This document shows positions 8,219-18,066 of a DNA stretch of 64,000 nt, one piece after another. The position numbers were made by a program, and so were the translations under genes. The notes below the pieces were generated by a model, which was given only the letters and a program-made list of their open reading frames with translations, was not told the origin of the DNA and searched no databases. Every line of letters starts with the position of its first letter. Position 1 is the stretch's first letter. Origin of the DNA: Deltaproteobacteria bacterium (GTDB taxonomy: Bacteria > Myxococcota_A > UBA9160 > SMWR01); NCBI GenBank assembly GCA_032128115.1, contig JAQBHB010000093.1, positions 42,577-106,576 on the forward strand. The letters run 5' to 3'.

Positions 8219-8860
8219 GTGGCATCCGCAGCTGCATCCGAAGCCGGCGATACGGCTTCCCGCGCCGAATACCAGCGCCTGGTGGACGCGGGCGACGTCA
8301 TCTTCGCCGAGGGTGACCCGGGCGATCACCTGTACGTGATCCGGAGAGGCGAGGTGGAGCTCTCCCGGATGAGCTCGGATGGAGAGCAACCCCTGGCCCG
8401 GCTGGGGCCCGGAGACTTCTTCGGAGAGCTGGGGGTGGTGCTCGGCGAGCCGCTGCCCATGCGCGCCACCGCCGTCAAGCGCACCATCCTGCTCAAGCTC
8501 GACCGCGAAACCCTCGAATCCATGTGCATGGCCCAGCCCGAGATCGGGATCCGCATGATCCGGGTGCTGGCCTCCCGCCTGATCCAGTCGGAGCGCAAGC
8601 TCTGGGCCCTGGCGGCAGACGCCCAGGTGCGGCCGGTGGTCCGCGCGCTGTTGCGCCATGCCCTGCCCGCCGAGGGAGGCAAGGGCATCATGATTCCCCT
8701 CAGCCTGCGGAACCTGGCGGAGGAGGCGGGCCTCTCCATGATCGCGGCCTATCGGGGGCTGCACCGGCTCCTGGACCGGAAGCTGGTGAAGCTGACGGAC
8801 GATTGCCTTCACGCCCCGGACGTGGAGGCCCTTTCGGCCGCCGTCGACAGGCCGGATTAG
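8219..8860 (+). CDS. Crp/Fnr-family transcriptional regulator (cyclic-nucleotide-binding domain)
   Basis: 213 aa. It has a cNMP-binding beta-roll pattern (GDVIFAEGDPGDHLYVIRRGEVEL ... GPGDFFGELGVV ... RATAVKRT) followed by a C-terminal HTH-like region. Confidence 0.75.
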   Translation: MASAAASEAGDTASRAEYQRLVDAGDVIFAEGDPGDHLYVIRRGEVELSRMSSDGEQPLARLGPGDFFGELGVVLGEPLPMRATAVKRTILLKLDRETLESMCMAQPEIGIRMIRVLASRLIQSERKLWALAADAQVRPVVRALLRHALPAEGGKGIMIPLSLRNLAEEAGLSMIAAYRGLHRLLDRKLVKLTDDCLHAPDVEALSAAVDRPD

Positions 8861-8897
8861 CGCCCGGTCCCCTGGTTTCCCGGGGGGCCCCTCCAGT

Positions 8898-8928
8898 TCC
8901 CATTCAGCTCCCATTCAGCTCCCATTCG
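8898..8928. repeat. 2.8 x 11-bp tandem repeat (TCCCATTCAGC)
   Basis: Read directly: TCCCATTCAGC at 8898-8908 and 8909-8919, then TCCCATTCG at 8920-8928. It lies in the 96-nt spacer between the Crp-like gene and lptD. Confidence 0.9.
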
Positions 8929-8956
8929 TTGACCCCGCGGGAATGCCTTTGATAGC

Positions 8957-11419
8957 GTGGCTGCCCGTCTCGGGGTTGGGGGGCGTTTGACACGGATCGC
9001 TGCGACATGGGTCGCACTCGCCGCCGTGGCGGTTGCGGCCCCCGGGATCGCGGCCGTCGAGGCGCCCGACGAGTCCAGCGCCCCCGCCTACCAGCTCACC
9101 TGCGAGTCGCTCGAGTACGTCCCCGCCGACAAGATCTTCGTCGCCCGCGGCTCGGTGGTGCTGCGCCAGGGCGATCGCGTGCTCACCTCCGATTGGATGA
9201 CATTCAGCAATGCGACCCGTCGCGGTGTCGCCAGTGGCAACGTGGTCTTGCGCGAGGGCGACGATGTCCTGCGGGCCCAGTTCATCGCGTTCGACACGCG
9301 GGATCTGACCGGCATCGTGTTCGAGGGGAGCTTCGTCGGCGATGGAGTCTTCCAGCTGTCGGGCGCCGAGATCCGCAAGACCGGAGACGACACCTACGGC
9401 TTCGAGAAGGGTGTGTTCACCTCGTGCCAGTGCGACGACCCCGAGGCGACGGATCCGTGGACGATCAAGGCCGACACTGCCGACCTGGAGGTAGGTGGCT
9501 ACGGCACCGCGCGCAATACCACCTTCGAGGTGCTTGGGGTTCCCGCCGTGTGGTTCCCCTGGATGATCTACCCGCTGAAAACGGAACGCCAGACGGGGTT
9601 CCTGCTGCCGTCGATCGGGTACTCGAGCGGGGGCGCCGAGCTGGGCCTGCCGTTCTTCTGGGCCGCGCGCGACCAACTCAACGTGACCCTCACGCCGGTC
9701 TGGTACTCCAGCCGGGGATTCCAGGGCAATGCGGAGTTCGACTACGTGTACGGTCAGGACTCCCGGGGTGACCTATTCGGCTCCTACATCAATGACCAGG
9801 ACCTCAACCCCAACACCGGCCCCACGCCGTACGACCGCAATCGCTGGCTCGCCATGGGCACACAGGACGCCCAGCTGCCGGGCCGCTTCCGCGCCAAGGC
9901 CGACTTCAAACTGTTCTCGGACAACGATTATCCAGGGGATTTCGTTCCGGCGAGCCGATACCGGTTCGATCGCTACGTGGAGTCGGTGGGCTTCGTGGGG
10001 GGTGCCCTGGGGAGCGCTGGCCGTCTGGGCTTGAGTGCCGCCATCGAGTGGGCCGACGACCTGCAGGCCCCGGACGACACGGACCGGGATCCGTATCTGC
10101 TGCAGCGTCTTCCCACCAGCCAGCTCACCGTATTGCCCACCCCGTTGCGCGGCGCCCGCTTCTTCGTGCCGGCCCTGGATGCCGAGTACACCTATTTCCA
10201 TCCGCGCAAGAACCCGGCGGGACGGCTGCCGTCAGCGGCCGGCACCGATGCCAGCGGCGCGCTCTTCTACGACACCGGAGCCGACGGCATGTTCGACGTG
10301 GACGAGCGCAACGCCGCGGGCATGAAGGTCGGTGTGGACAACCACATGGACAACCTGGGTGCGGGAACGGGTCGCCAGGTAACCGAGCTGGACTCGCTGT
10401 TCCAGGAGGGCGAGCCCCTGGATGACTGGGGCCATCGTCTCCGGATCTCCCCCCGCCTGGGGATGCCCTTTCGTCTGGGCGGCGTGGCGGAGCTGTATCC
10501 CGAGGTGTCGTGGTACGAGACGCTCTACGACAGCAACAAGAAGGGTTTCGAGTCCAGGGGCCTGTTCACGGCGCGGGCCGACCTTCGAACCCGCCTGCGC
10601 CGCCGCTTCGACAACGGCGTCACCCATGTGATGGAGCCCCGCCTGAGCTACGCGCTGGTCACCCAGACGGGGCAATCCGGCGACCCCTTCTTCGTGCCCA
10701 ACACCGCCATCCCCCAGGAACGTCTGCGCGAGCTCGATCTCGAGAACGTGGTGCGCGACCCGGCCGACCGGATCTCGCGCTTCAACGGAATCACCCTGGG
10801 CCTGGGCAACCGCTTCTTCGCGGCGCCAACCGACCGGGAGGGCCCGCGGTTGCTTGCGGATTTCTCGCTCTCGGCGGGCTACGAGTTCTACTCCCAGGAC
10901 TTCGCGGCGATCTACCTGGACGGGCGCACGTTCCCCATGAAAAACCTGGAGGGCCGCGTCAGCGTGGGCTTCGATCCGAAGTCGGTGCAGCTGGACGAGG
11001 CCCTGGCGGAGATGATCTGGAACTTCGACCGGGGCTACGCGGCCGTTGGCTACCGCTATCTGCGCGACGTGCCCAACGTGTACGAGAACTTCCTGTCGGC
11101 CGACCGCTTCAGCGAGTTCTCGAGCTTTCGGCGGGTCAGCCAGCTGGACACCAACCTCCGCTACCAGCTCGGCCAGAGCTGGGCCCTGACCTACCAGCTC
11201 TACTACCAGATCGACGGCTCGTTCCTGGTCGACAACACGGGAGGCGTCGAATACACCTCGAAATGCGGCTGCTGGTCCATGCGGCTCGAAGGGGGCTGGG
11301 ACCGCTCGGGCGGGGTGCAGGTGGGGCTCTTCTACACGCTCACTGGCCTGGGGAGTGACCAGAGCCGCGTCCAGGGCCGCCGCGCGGTGTTGCTTGACGA
11401 CGTGCGAGGCGTGCGATAA
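8957..11419 (+). CDS. lptD: LPS-assembly outer-membrane protein LptD (OstA)
   Basis: 820 aa. It has a signal peptide, then an OstA_N-like beta-jellyroll with repeated GNVVLREGD-type strands, then a large beta-barrel region rich in aromatic-ended strands. GTG start. Confidence 0.85.
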   Translation: MAARLGVGGRLTRIAATWVALAAVAVAAPGIAAVEAPDESSAPAYQLTCESLEYVPADKIFVARGSVVLRQGDRVLTSDWMTFSNATRRGVASGNVVLREGDDVLRAQFIAFDTRDLTGIVFEGSFVGDGVFQLSGAEIRKTGDDTYGFEKGVFTSCQCDDPEATDPWTIKADTADLEVGGYGTARNTTFEVLGVPAVWFPWMIYPLKTERQTGFLLPSIGYSSGGAELGLPFFWAARDQLNVTLTPVWYSSRGFQGNAEFDYVYGQDSRGDLFGSYINDQDLNPNTGPTPYDRNRWLAMGTQDAQLPGRFRAKADFKLFSDNDYPGDFVPASRYRFDRYVESVGFVGGALGSAGRLGLSAAIEWADDLQAPDDTDRDPYLLQRLPTSQLTVLPTPLRGARFFVPALDAEYTYFHPRKNPAGRLPSAAGTDASGALFYDTGADGMFDVDERNAAGMKVGVDNHMDNLGAGTGRQVTELDSLFQEGEPLDDWGHRLRISPRLGMPFRLGGVAELYPEVSWYETLYDSNKKGFESRGLFTARADLRTRLRRRFDNGVTHVMEPRLSYALVTQTGQSGDPFFVPNTAIPQERLRELDLENVVRDPADRISRFNGITLGLGNRFFAAPTDREGPRLLADFSLSAGYEFYSQDFAAIYLDGRTFPMKNLEGRVSVGFDPKSVQLDEALAEMIWNFDRGYAAVGYRYLRDVPNVYENFLSADRFSEFSSFRRVSQLDTNLRYQLGQSWALTYQLYYQIDGSFLVDNTGGVEYTSKCGCWSMRLEGGWDRSGGVQVGLFYTLTGLGSDQSRVQGRRAVLLDDVRGVR

Positions 11420-11455
11420 CAAGCGGAAACTGCAAAGTTTTTCAACTTCCAGCGC

Positions 11456-11490
11456 GAGCCAGCAGACCGTGTAGACCCCGGTTCTGGCTC
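11456..11490 (+). other. Imperfect hairpin between lptD and trpE (possible terminator or leader structure)
   Basis: GAGCCAG (11456-11462) pairs with CTGGCTC (11484-11490). An inner 5-bp stem pairs 11465-11469 with 11479-11483. There is no downstream U-tract. It ends 14 nt before the trpE GTG. Confidence 0.25.
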
Positions 11491-11503
11491 GCCAGAGGCC
11501 CCG

Positions 11504-12991
11504 GTGCTCCGCCCGTCCAAGGAAGCGTTCGAAGCGCTCGCGAAACGAGGGAACCTGATCCCCGTCGTTCGCGAGATGCTGGTCGATCTGGACACGCCGC
11601 TTTCGCTGTTCCGGCGCCTGGACGACGGTCGCACCAGCTTCCTGTTCGAATCCGTGGAGGGGGGCGAGAAGTGGGCCCGCTACAGCTTCCTGGGCAGCGG
11701 GGCCAGGGCCATCTTCCGAGCCCGGGGCTCGGAGGTCGAGTGGGAGGAGGCGGGCCGGACCGAGCGGGTTCGGGTCACCGGCGACCCGCTGGAGTTCCTG
11801 CGCCAGAAGCTCTCGGAACTCCGGTGCGTGACCCCCGAAGAGGTCGAGCTTCCGCGCTTCCTGGGCGGAGCCGTGGGACGGGTGAGCTACGACTGGGTCC
11901 GCTTCGTGGAGAGGATTCCCGACGCGAACCCGGACGAGGTCGACATGCCCGACCTCTGGTTCGTGTTGCCCGAGACGGTGGTGGTGGTCGACAACGTTCG
12001 CCACACCGCCTACCTGGTGCGTCACGTGCAGCTTGCGCCGGGCGCCGACAGCGACCTGCTGTTTCGCCAGGCCGTGGAGGCGCTCGAAGCCATGGTGCGA
12101 AGGCTGCGCCAGCCGCTCCCTGCCGAGGAGCCGGGTGTGCCGGTGCGCGCCCCCATGGACGTGCAGCGCAGCATGACGCGCGAGGCCTTTCACGAGATCG
12201 TCAAGAAGGCCAAGGACTACATCGAGGCCGGCGACATCTTCCAGGTGGTGCTGTCCCTGCAGTTCCGCATCCCGCTGCAGGTGGACCCGTTCACGATCTA
12301 TCGGCACCTGCGCCTGATCAACCCGAGCCCCTATCTGTTCTTCCTGCGCTGCGAGGGACCGGTGGTGATCGGATCGTCGCCAGAGATCCTGGTGCGGCTG
12401 GAGGACGGCCGCGTGGACGTGCGGCCCATTGCCGGAACCCGCCGGCGCGGCCGCGACCAGGAGGAGGACGCGGCTCTCGAGCAGGAGCTGTTGGCCGACC
12501 CCAAGGAGTGCGCCGAGCATCTGATGCTGGTGGACCTGGGCCGGAACGACGTGGGGCGGGTGGCCGAGACCGGCAGTGTCCACGTGAACGAGTTTTCCAA
12601 TGTGGAGCGCTACTCCCACGTGATGCACATCGTCTCGAACGTGCAGGGCCGCCTGCGATCGGGCCTCGACTGGCTGGATCTGCTGCGGGCCACGTTTCCC
12701 GCCGGCACCCTGTCGGGTGCCCCCAAGGTGCGCGCCATGGAGATCATCGACGAGCTCGAGACGCTCCGCCGCGGCCCCTACGGCGGCTGTGTGGGCTACA
12801 TCGACTACTCCGGCAACATGGATACGGCCATCGCCATTCGAACCATGCTGGTGAAGGATGGCGAGATCTTCCTCCGGACCGGTGCCGGGATCGTGGCCGA
12901 CTCCGATCCGGATCTGGAGTTCGACGAGTGCGTGAACAAGGCGCGCGCACTCGTCGAGGCCATCGACTTCGCCCGTGAGGGGATCGACTGA
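11504..12991 (+). CDS. trpE: Anthranilate synthase component I
   Basis: 495 aa. It has the N-terminal LVDLDTPLSLF Trp-feedback region and chorismate-binding motifs (GDIFQVVLS, LINPSPYLFF, GTLSGAPKVRAMEII, GGCVGY, IAIRT). Confidence 0.95.
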   Translation: MLRPSKEAFEALAKRGNLIPVVREMLVDLDTPLSLFRRLDDGRTSFLFESVEGGEKWARYSFLGSGARAIFRARGSEVEWEEAGRTERVRVTGDPLEFLRQKLSELRCVTPEEVELPRFLGGAVGRVSYDWVRFVERIPDANPDEVDMPDLWFVLPETVVVVDNVRHTAYLVRHVQLAPGADSDLLFRQAVEALEAMVRRLRQPLPAEEPGVPVRAPMDVQRSMTREAFHEIVKKAKDYIEAGDIFQVVLSLQFRIPLQVDPFTIYRHLRLINPSPYLFFLRCEGPVVIGSSPEILVRLEDGRVDVRPIAGTRRRGRDQEEDAALEQELLADPKECAEHLMLVDLGRNDVGRVAETGSVHVNEFSNVERYSHVMHIVSNVQGRLRSGLDWLDLLRATFPAGTLSGAPKVRAMEIIDELETLRRGPYGGCVGYIDYSGNMDTAIAIRTMLVKDGEIFLRTGAGIVADSDPDLEFDECVNKARALVEAIDFAREGID

Positions 12992-13016
12992 CCGGCTCGC
13001 CACCGGGGACGAAAGC

Positions 13017-13607
13017 ATGCGTCTCCTGATGATCGATAACTACGACTCCTTCACGTACAACCTCGTCCAGTACCTTGCGGAGTTGGGCGCGCACGTGGAG
13101 GTGGTGCGCAACGATGCCGCTCGAGCCGACGAGCTGCTGGATCGCGGCCCTTCCGGCGTGGTGATCTCGCCTGGCCCGGGACGCCCCGAGGACGCCGGCA
13201 TCACGCTGGACACGGTGCGCGGCTGCGCGCAACGCGGGATTCCCCTGCTGGGAGTCTGCCTGGGACACCAGGCCATCGGGCTCGCCTATGGGGGGCGCAT
13301 CGTGCGGGCCCGTTCGATCATGCACGGCAAGGTGTCGAGCATCGATCACGACGGAGCCGGCGTATTTTGCGACCTGCCGTCTCCCATCCGGGCCACCCGC
13401 TACCACTCGCTGGTGATCGGGAGCGACGGGTTTCCCGACGTGCTGGAGGTGACCGCCCGGACCGCGGACGGCGAGATCATGGGCGTGCGGCACCGGGAGC
13501 AGCCCATCGAGGGTGTGCAGTTCCATCCCGAGTCGATCCTGACCGAGGCGGGCAAGCCCCTGCTCCGGAACTTCCTGGCCCACTGTGGCGGCAATCCGGC
13601 GACATGA
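13017..13607 (+). CDS. trpG: Anthranilate synthase component II (glutamine amidotransferase)
   Basis: MRLLMIDNYDSFTYNLVQYL start, the catalytic GVCLGHQ Cys, and HPES near the C-terminus. The ATG at 13017 is 26 nt after the trpE stop. Confidence 0.93.
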   Translation: MRLLMIDNYDSFTYNLVQYLAELGAHVEVVRNDAARADELLDRGPSGVVISPGPGRPEDAGITLDTVRGCAQRGIPLLGVCLGHQAIGLAYGGRIVRARSIMHGKVSSIDHDGAGVFCDLPSPIRATRYHSLVIGSDGFPDVLEVTARTADGEIMGVRHREQPIEGVQFHPESILTEAGKPLLRNFLAHCGGNPAT

Positions 13608-14617
13608 GCCTCCAGGAAGCGATCGAGGTGGCCGTGACCGGCGAGGAGGTCCCCAGCGACATCCTCGAATCCGCGTTCGAGGAGATCGTCGGGGGCAAGG
13701 CATCGGCCCTATCCATCGCTGCGCTGCTCGTGGCGTTGCGCACCCGCGGCGAGACCGTGGGCGAGATCGCGGCGGCGGCTCGGGTCCTGCGCGCCCACGC
13801 CGAGACGGCCGCGAGGCCCGATCCGCGCAGCGTGGACATCTGTGGCACCGGCGGCGATGGCATGCAGACCTTCAACATCTCCACCACGGCGGCTTTTGTC
13901 GTGGCGGGCGCGGGCGTGCCGGTGGCCAAGCACGGGAATCGTGCGGCCAGCAGCCGTAGCGGGAGCATCGACGTGCTGGAGGCGCTGGGGGTGGCGGTGG
14001 ACCTGTCGGTCGAGGAGTCGGCCGCGATCCTGTCCGAGGTGGGAATCGCTCCGTTCTTCGCGCGGCGCGCCCACCCGGCCATGCGCTTCGTGGCCCGGGC
14101 GCGGGAGCAGCTGGGAATCCGCACGATCATGAACTGCCTGGGGCCCCTGCTCAACCCAGTGGGCGTGCGCTTCCAACTGGTGGGCGTGTACGCCGCGAAC
14201 CTGGTGGAGCCTCTGGCGATGGCGCTGGGCGAGCTGGGTGCCGAGCGCGCCCTGGTGGTGCACGGCTCGGATGGCATGGACGAGGTCACCACCACCGGCA
14301 CCACCCTCGCCGCGCTCTGGGCCCGTGACCACGTGGACATGCTGGAGATCGATCCCGGCGACGTGGGCCTGCCGCGGTCGGTGCCGGGCTCGCTGCGCGG
14401 CGGAGACGTCCATGAGAATGCCAGGATCACCCGCGCCGTGCTCGCGGGCGAGACCGGTGCCCGCCGCGACATCGTCCTGATCAATGCCGCCGCCGCCCTG
14501 TGGGTCGCAGGCGCCTGCGCCGACCTGGGCGAGGGTATGGAGCAGGCGCGCGAGAGCATCGATTCGGGTGCCGCCCGCCGTCGGCTCGATCAGCTGGTGG
14601 CGGCGGGGTCCCGGTGA
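13604..14617 (+). CDS. trpD: Anthranilate phosphoribosyltransferase
   Basis: MSLQEAIE start overlaps the trpG stop (ATGA). GTGGDG, NISTTAAFV and KHGNRA motifs. Confidence 0.93.
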   Translation: MSLQEAIEVAVTGEEVPSDILESAFEEIVGGKASALSIAALLVALRTRGETVGEIAAAARVLRAHAETAARPDPRSVDICGTGGDGMQTFNISTTAAFVVAGAGVPVAKHGNRAASSRSGSIDVLEALGVAVDLSVEESAAILSEVGIAPFFARRAHPAMRFVARAREQLGIRTIMNCLGPLLNPVGVRFQLVGVYAANLVEPLAMALGELGAERALVVHGSDGMDEVTTTGTTLAALWARDHVDMLEIDPGDVGLPRSVPGSLRGGDVHENARITRAVLAGETGARRDIVLINAAAALWVAGACADLGEGMEQARESIDSGAARRRLDQLVAAGSR

Positions 14618-15435
14618 GTGCGCCCGTGAACGAGTCTCCCGGTGGCCGCGTCGCCATTCTCGACGAGATCCTCGGCCACAAGCGTCGCGAGCTGAAAAGG
14701 GCGAGGGCGGCCGTTCCGGCCGGGGAGATGGAGCGGCGCGCGCGCGAGCGGGGGGAGCCGACGCGAGGCTTCCGGGAGGCCCTGCGCACGGCGCCGGCGC
14801 CCCGGGTGATCGCGGAGATCAAGCGGCGGTCTCCCAGCCGCGGGGAGATCCGTGCCGATTTCGACCCCGCGGCGTGTGCGCGGGCCTATGCTTCGGGCGG
14901 GGCGGCGGCGCTCTCGGTGCTGACCGACGAGCACTACTTCGGTGGCCACCTGGACTTCCTGGCGGCCGCTCGCGGGCAGGTAGAGCTCCCGATCCTGCGC
15001 AAGGACTTCATCGTGGACCCCTACCAGGTGGACGAGACCCGAGCCGGCGGAGCCGATGCGGTGCTCCTGATCGTGGCCGCGCTGTCGCCGGCCGACCTGC
15101 GCAGCCTGCGGGAGCGGGCGGTCGCCTGGGGCCTGGACGTCCTGATCGAGGTCCACGAGGAGTCCGAGATCCAGGTGGCTCTCGAGGCGGGTGCCGACCT
15201 GGTGGGCATCAACAACCGTGATCTCCGCAGCTTCCAGGTGGACCTGGGGGTGTGCGAGCGGCTGCTACCGAAGCTGCCGGAAGGGGTTCTGGCGGTGGCA
15301 GAAAGTGGCATCTTCTCGGCGGGCGATGTTACGCGTCTGGAGTCTGTGGGCGCGCACGCTTTCCTGGTCGGTGAAGCGTTGATGCGGGAACGCGACATCG
15401 GCCTCGCGCTACGTCGACTGAGGAGGACCTCGTGA
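14614..15435 (+). CDS. trpC: Indole-3-glycerol phosphate synthase
   Basis: The GTG at 14614 overlaps the trpD stop (GTGA). IAEIKRRSPSRG, LSVLTDEHYFGG, LRKDFIVDPYQ and INNRDL motifs. Confidence 0.92.
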   Translation: MSAPVNESPGGRVAILDEILGHKRRELKRARAAVPAGEMERRARERGEPTRGFREALRTAPAPRVIAEIKRRSPSRGEIRADFDPAACARAYASGGAAALSVLTDEHYFGGHLDFLAAARGQVELPILRKDFIVDPYQVDETRAGGADAVLLIVAALSPADLRSLRERAVAWGLDVLIEVHEESEIQVALEAGADLVGINNRDLRSFQVDLGVCERLLPKLPEGVLAVAESGIFSAGDVTRLESVGAHAFLVGEALMRERDIGLALRRLRRTS

Positions 15436-16061
15436 GCGGTCATATCCGGGTCAAGATCTGCGGGATCACACATCCCGACGACGCGCAGGCGGCGGTGGAC
15501 GCCGGTGCGGATCTGATCGGGCTGAATTTCGTGCCGGGATCTCCCCGCGAGCTGCAGATCAAGGCGGCCGTGGAGATCGCCGACCGTGTGGCGGGTCAGG
15601 TGGAACGGGTGGCGATCTTCTGCGATGCCACGCCCGATGAAGTGGAACGGGTGTTGCGCCGTGTCGAGCTGGAACGCATCCAGTTCCACGGGAGCGAGTC
15701 CGAGGAGGATGTGGAAGCCGTCGACCTGCCCGTGATCAAGTCCATCCGGGGCGCCGATGCGCAAGCCGCCGAAGCGTATCCGGGCACGCTCCTGTTGCTG
15801 GATCACCCATCCGGACCCGCCGGCAGCGGCCAGGCCTGGAGGTGGATCGAATCCCTGCCCCTGATCGAGCAGGGGCACGACGTGATCCTGGCGGGCGGTC
15901 TGGATCCGGACAACGTGGCAGCCGTCCTGGGAGAGTTCGAGGACATGCTGCCCTGGGGTGTAGACGTTGCCACCGGTGTCGAGGGTGACGCACCGCGCAA
16001 GGACGCGGCGCGGATCGCGGCCTTCGTGGAAGCGGTGCGCAAGGCCGAGGTGAGCGAGTGA
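15432..16061 (+). CDS. trpF: Phosphoribosylanthranilate isomerase
   Basis: 209 aa. VKICGIT ... GADLIGLNF ... LLLD ... GGL. It overlaps the trpC stop by 4 nt. Confidence 0.9.
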   Translation: MSGHIRVKICGITHPDDAQAAVDAGADLIGLNFVPGSPRELQIKAAVEIADRVAGQVERVAIFCDATPDEVERVLRRVELERIQFHGSESEEDVEAVDLPVIKSIRGADAQAAEAYPGTLLLLDHPSGPAGSGQAWRWIESLPLIEQGHDVILAGGLDPDNVAAVLGEFEDMLPWGVDVATGVEGDAPRKDAARIAAFVEAVRKAEVSE

Positions 16062-17263
16062 AGAGCGAGGCGGACGAGCACGGACACTTCGGCGAGTACG
16101 GCGGCCGGTACGTGCCGGAGACGCTGGTGGCGGCGCTCGACGAGCTGCGAGAGGCCTACCCCCGGATCTCGGCAACCGCCGTGTTTCGCGCCGAGCTGGA
16201 CGATCTGCTCGCCCGCTACGTCGGGCGCCCCACGCCACTCACCGAGGCGCGGCGCATGACCGCCGACCTGGGCGGCGCCCGCGTGTTCCTCAAGCGCGAG
16301 GACCTGGCCCACACCGGCGCCCACAAGATCAACAATGTGCTTGGGCAGTGCCTGCTGGCGCGCCACATGGGCAAGCGCCGGGTGATCGCCGAGACCGGAG
16401 CCGGACAACACGGCGTGGCCACGGCCACGGCCTGCGCCCTCATGGACCTCGAGTGCGAGGTCTACATGGGGGAGGAGGACATCCGGCGTCAGGAGCTCAA
16501 CCTCTTCCGCATGGAGCTGCTCGGCGCTCGGGTGATTCCGGTGACCAGCGGGTCGCGCACGCTCAAGGACGCCACCAACGAGGCGCTCCGCGATTGGGTG
16601 ACCCATGTGGAGACCACCTACTACTGCATCGGCTCGGTGATGGGGCCGCACCCCTACCCCACGCTCGTGCGCAACTTCCAGCGGGTCATCGGTCTGGAGA
16701 CCCGCGATCAGATCCTGGCCGCCGCGGGCCGCCTGCCCGACGTGTTGATGGCCTGCATCGGCGGCGGTTCGAACGCCCTGGGCCTGTTCCATCCGTTCCT
16801 GGCGGACGGCGACGTGCGCATGATCGGAGTCGAGGCGGCCGGGGAGGGCATCGAGACCGGCCGTCACGGTGCCGCGCTCTGCAGTGGGGTTTCCGGCGTG
16901 TTGCACGGCATGCGCAGCCTGCTGCTCTCGGATGACGACGGACAGATCTTTCCCGCCCACTCGATCTCGGCGGGTCTCGACTATCCCAGCGTGGGCCCGG
17001 AACACGCCTCGCTTCGCGACCGGGGTCGCGCCGAATATGTGTCCGTCAGCGACGAGGAGGCGTTGGACGCGTTCCAGTACCTGTCGCGGCTCGAGGGCAT
17101 CATCCCCGCGCTCGAATCGGCGCACGCGGTGGCGTATGCGCGCAAGTTCGTGCCCGGATTGCCCGCCGAATCCCTGGTGGTGATCAACCTCTCGGGGCGG
17201 GGCGACAAGGATGCGCCCCTGGTTCGCGAGTTGCTCGCGGCGCGCGAGGCCGGGAAGCACTGA
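16058..17263 (+). CDS. trpB: Tryptophan synthase beta chain
   Basis: 401 aa. [21 protein letters not shown] (PLP lysine), GAGQHG and GGGSNA motifs. Confidence 0.97.
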   Translation: MKSEADEHGHFGEYGGRYVPETLVAALDELREAYPRISATAVFRAELDDLLARYVGRPTPLTEARRMTADLGGARVFLKREDLAHTGAHKINNVLGQCLLARHMGKRRVIAETGAGQHGVATATACALMDLECEVYMGEEDIRRQELNLFRMELLGARVIPVTSGSRTLKDATNEALRDWVTHVETTYYCIGSVMGPHPYPTLVRNFQRVIGLETRDQILAAAGRLPDVLMACIGGGSNALGLFHPFLADGDVRMIGVEAAGEGIETGRHGAALCSGVSGVLHGMRSLLLSDDDGQIFPAHSISAGLDYPSVGPEHASLRDRGRAEYVSVSDEEALDAFQYLSRLEGIIPALESAHAVAYARKFVPGLPAESLVVINLSGRGDKDAPLVRELLAAREAGKH

Positions 17264-18066
17264 TGAGCCGTCTCGCCGGGTGTTTCGCCGCGCTTCGAGC
17301 GCGCGGCGAACGCGCCTTGATTCCCTTCGTGACCGCGGGAGACCCGGACCTGGGCACCACCGCAGAGCTGGTGCTTGCGCTGGCGGATGCGGGCGCCGAT
17401 GCCATCGAACTCGGCGTTCCGTTCTCGGATCCGATGGCCGATGGCCCCACCATCCAGAGGGCCAGCGAGCGTGCCCTGCGCTCGGGCGCGTCGTTGCGCC
17501 GGGTGCTGGAGCTGGTCAAGGGATTGCGGCCGCAAACCGAGATTCCCGTGATCCTGATGGGTTACGCCAACTCGTTCTACACCCTGGGCGTCGACGCGTT
17601 CGCCGAGGGCGCGCGCGAGGCCGGGGTCGACGGGCTGATCTGTGTCGACCTGCCGCCGGAAGAGGGCGAAGACCTGTTTGGCGCGGCGCGTCGCTGCGGC
17701 ATCGACCCGGTGCTGCTGGCGGCGCCCACGACCCGGCCCGAACGCCTGGCCATGTTGGCGGACCAGACCCGGGGCTTCCTCTATTACGTGTCGCTCACCG
17801 GAGTGACCAGCGCACGGGCCCGCGTGGGACAGGGCGTGGAAGCGGCGGTCCGGCAGCTGCGGAACATTTCCGAGATCCCGGTGTGTGTGGGCTTCGGGGT
17901 TTCGAAGCCCGAGCACGCGGCGGAGATCGGGGCCTACGCCGATGGCGTGGTGGTGGGGAGTGCCCTGATCGACCGCCTGGAGAGGGCGAGCAGCCGCGAG
18001 TCGGCCATCAGCGATGCCGCGTCGTTCGTGGCGGCCCTCAAGCAGCCGCTTCGCGCCCGGCCGTAG
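17263..18066 (+). CDS. trpA: Tryptophan synthase alpha chain
   Basis: 267 aa. ALIPFVTAGDP, IELGVPFSDPMADGPTIQ and GFGVS motifs. Its start abuts the trpB stop. Confidence 0.95.
   Translation: MSRLAGCFAALRARGERALIPFVTAGDPDLGTTAELVLALADAGADAIELGVPFSDPMADGPTIQRASERALRSGASLRRVLELVKGLRPQTEIPVILMGYANSFYTLGVDAFAEGAREAGVDGLICVDLPPEEGEDLFGAARRCGIDPVLLAAPTTRPERLAMLADQTRGFLYYVSLTGVTSARARVGQGVEAAVRQLRNISEIPVCVGFGVSKPEHAAEIGAYADGVVVGSALIDRLERASSRESAISDAASFVAALKQPLRARP

Noticed and set aside
4371-8928. Whether the short tandem repeats (4371-4430, 6290-6329, 6816-6857, 8898-8928) could be CRISPR arrays
   Set aside because: The units are directly adjacent with no spacers, there are only 2-3 copies, the units are 11-21 bp, and there are no cas genes in the window.
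11420-11503. Trp leader peptide or attenuator upstream of trpE
   Set aside because: No short ORF with Trp codons is present. There is only a single hairpin without a U-tract, which is kept as a low-confidence structural feature only.
10232-13018. 928-aa minus-strand ORF opposite lptD and trpE
   Set aside because: The same shadow-ORF signature applies. lptD and trpE on the plus strand have clear family motifs, and the antisense translation has none.
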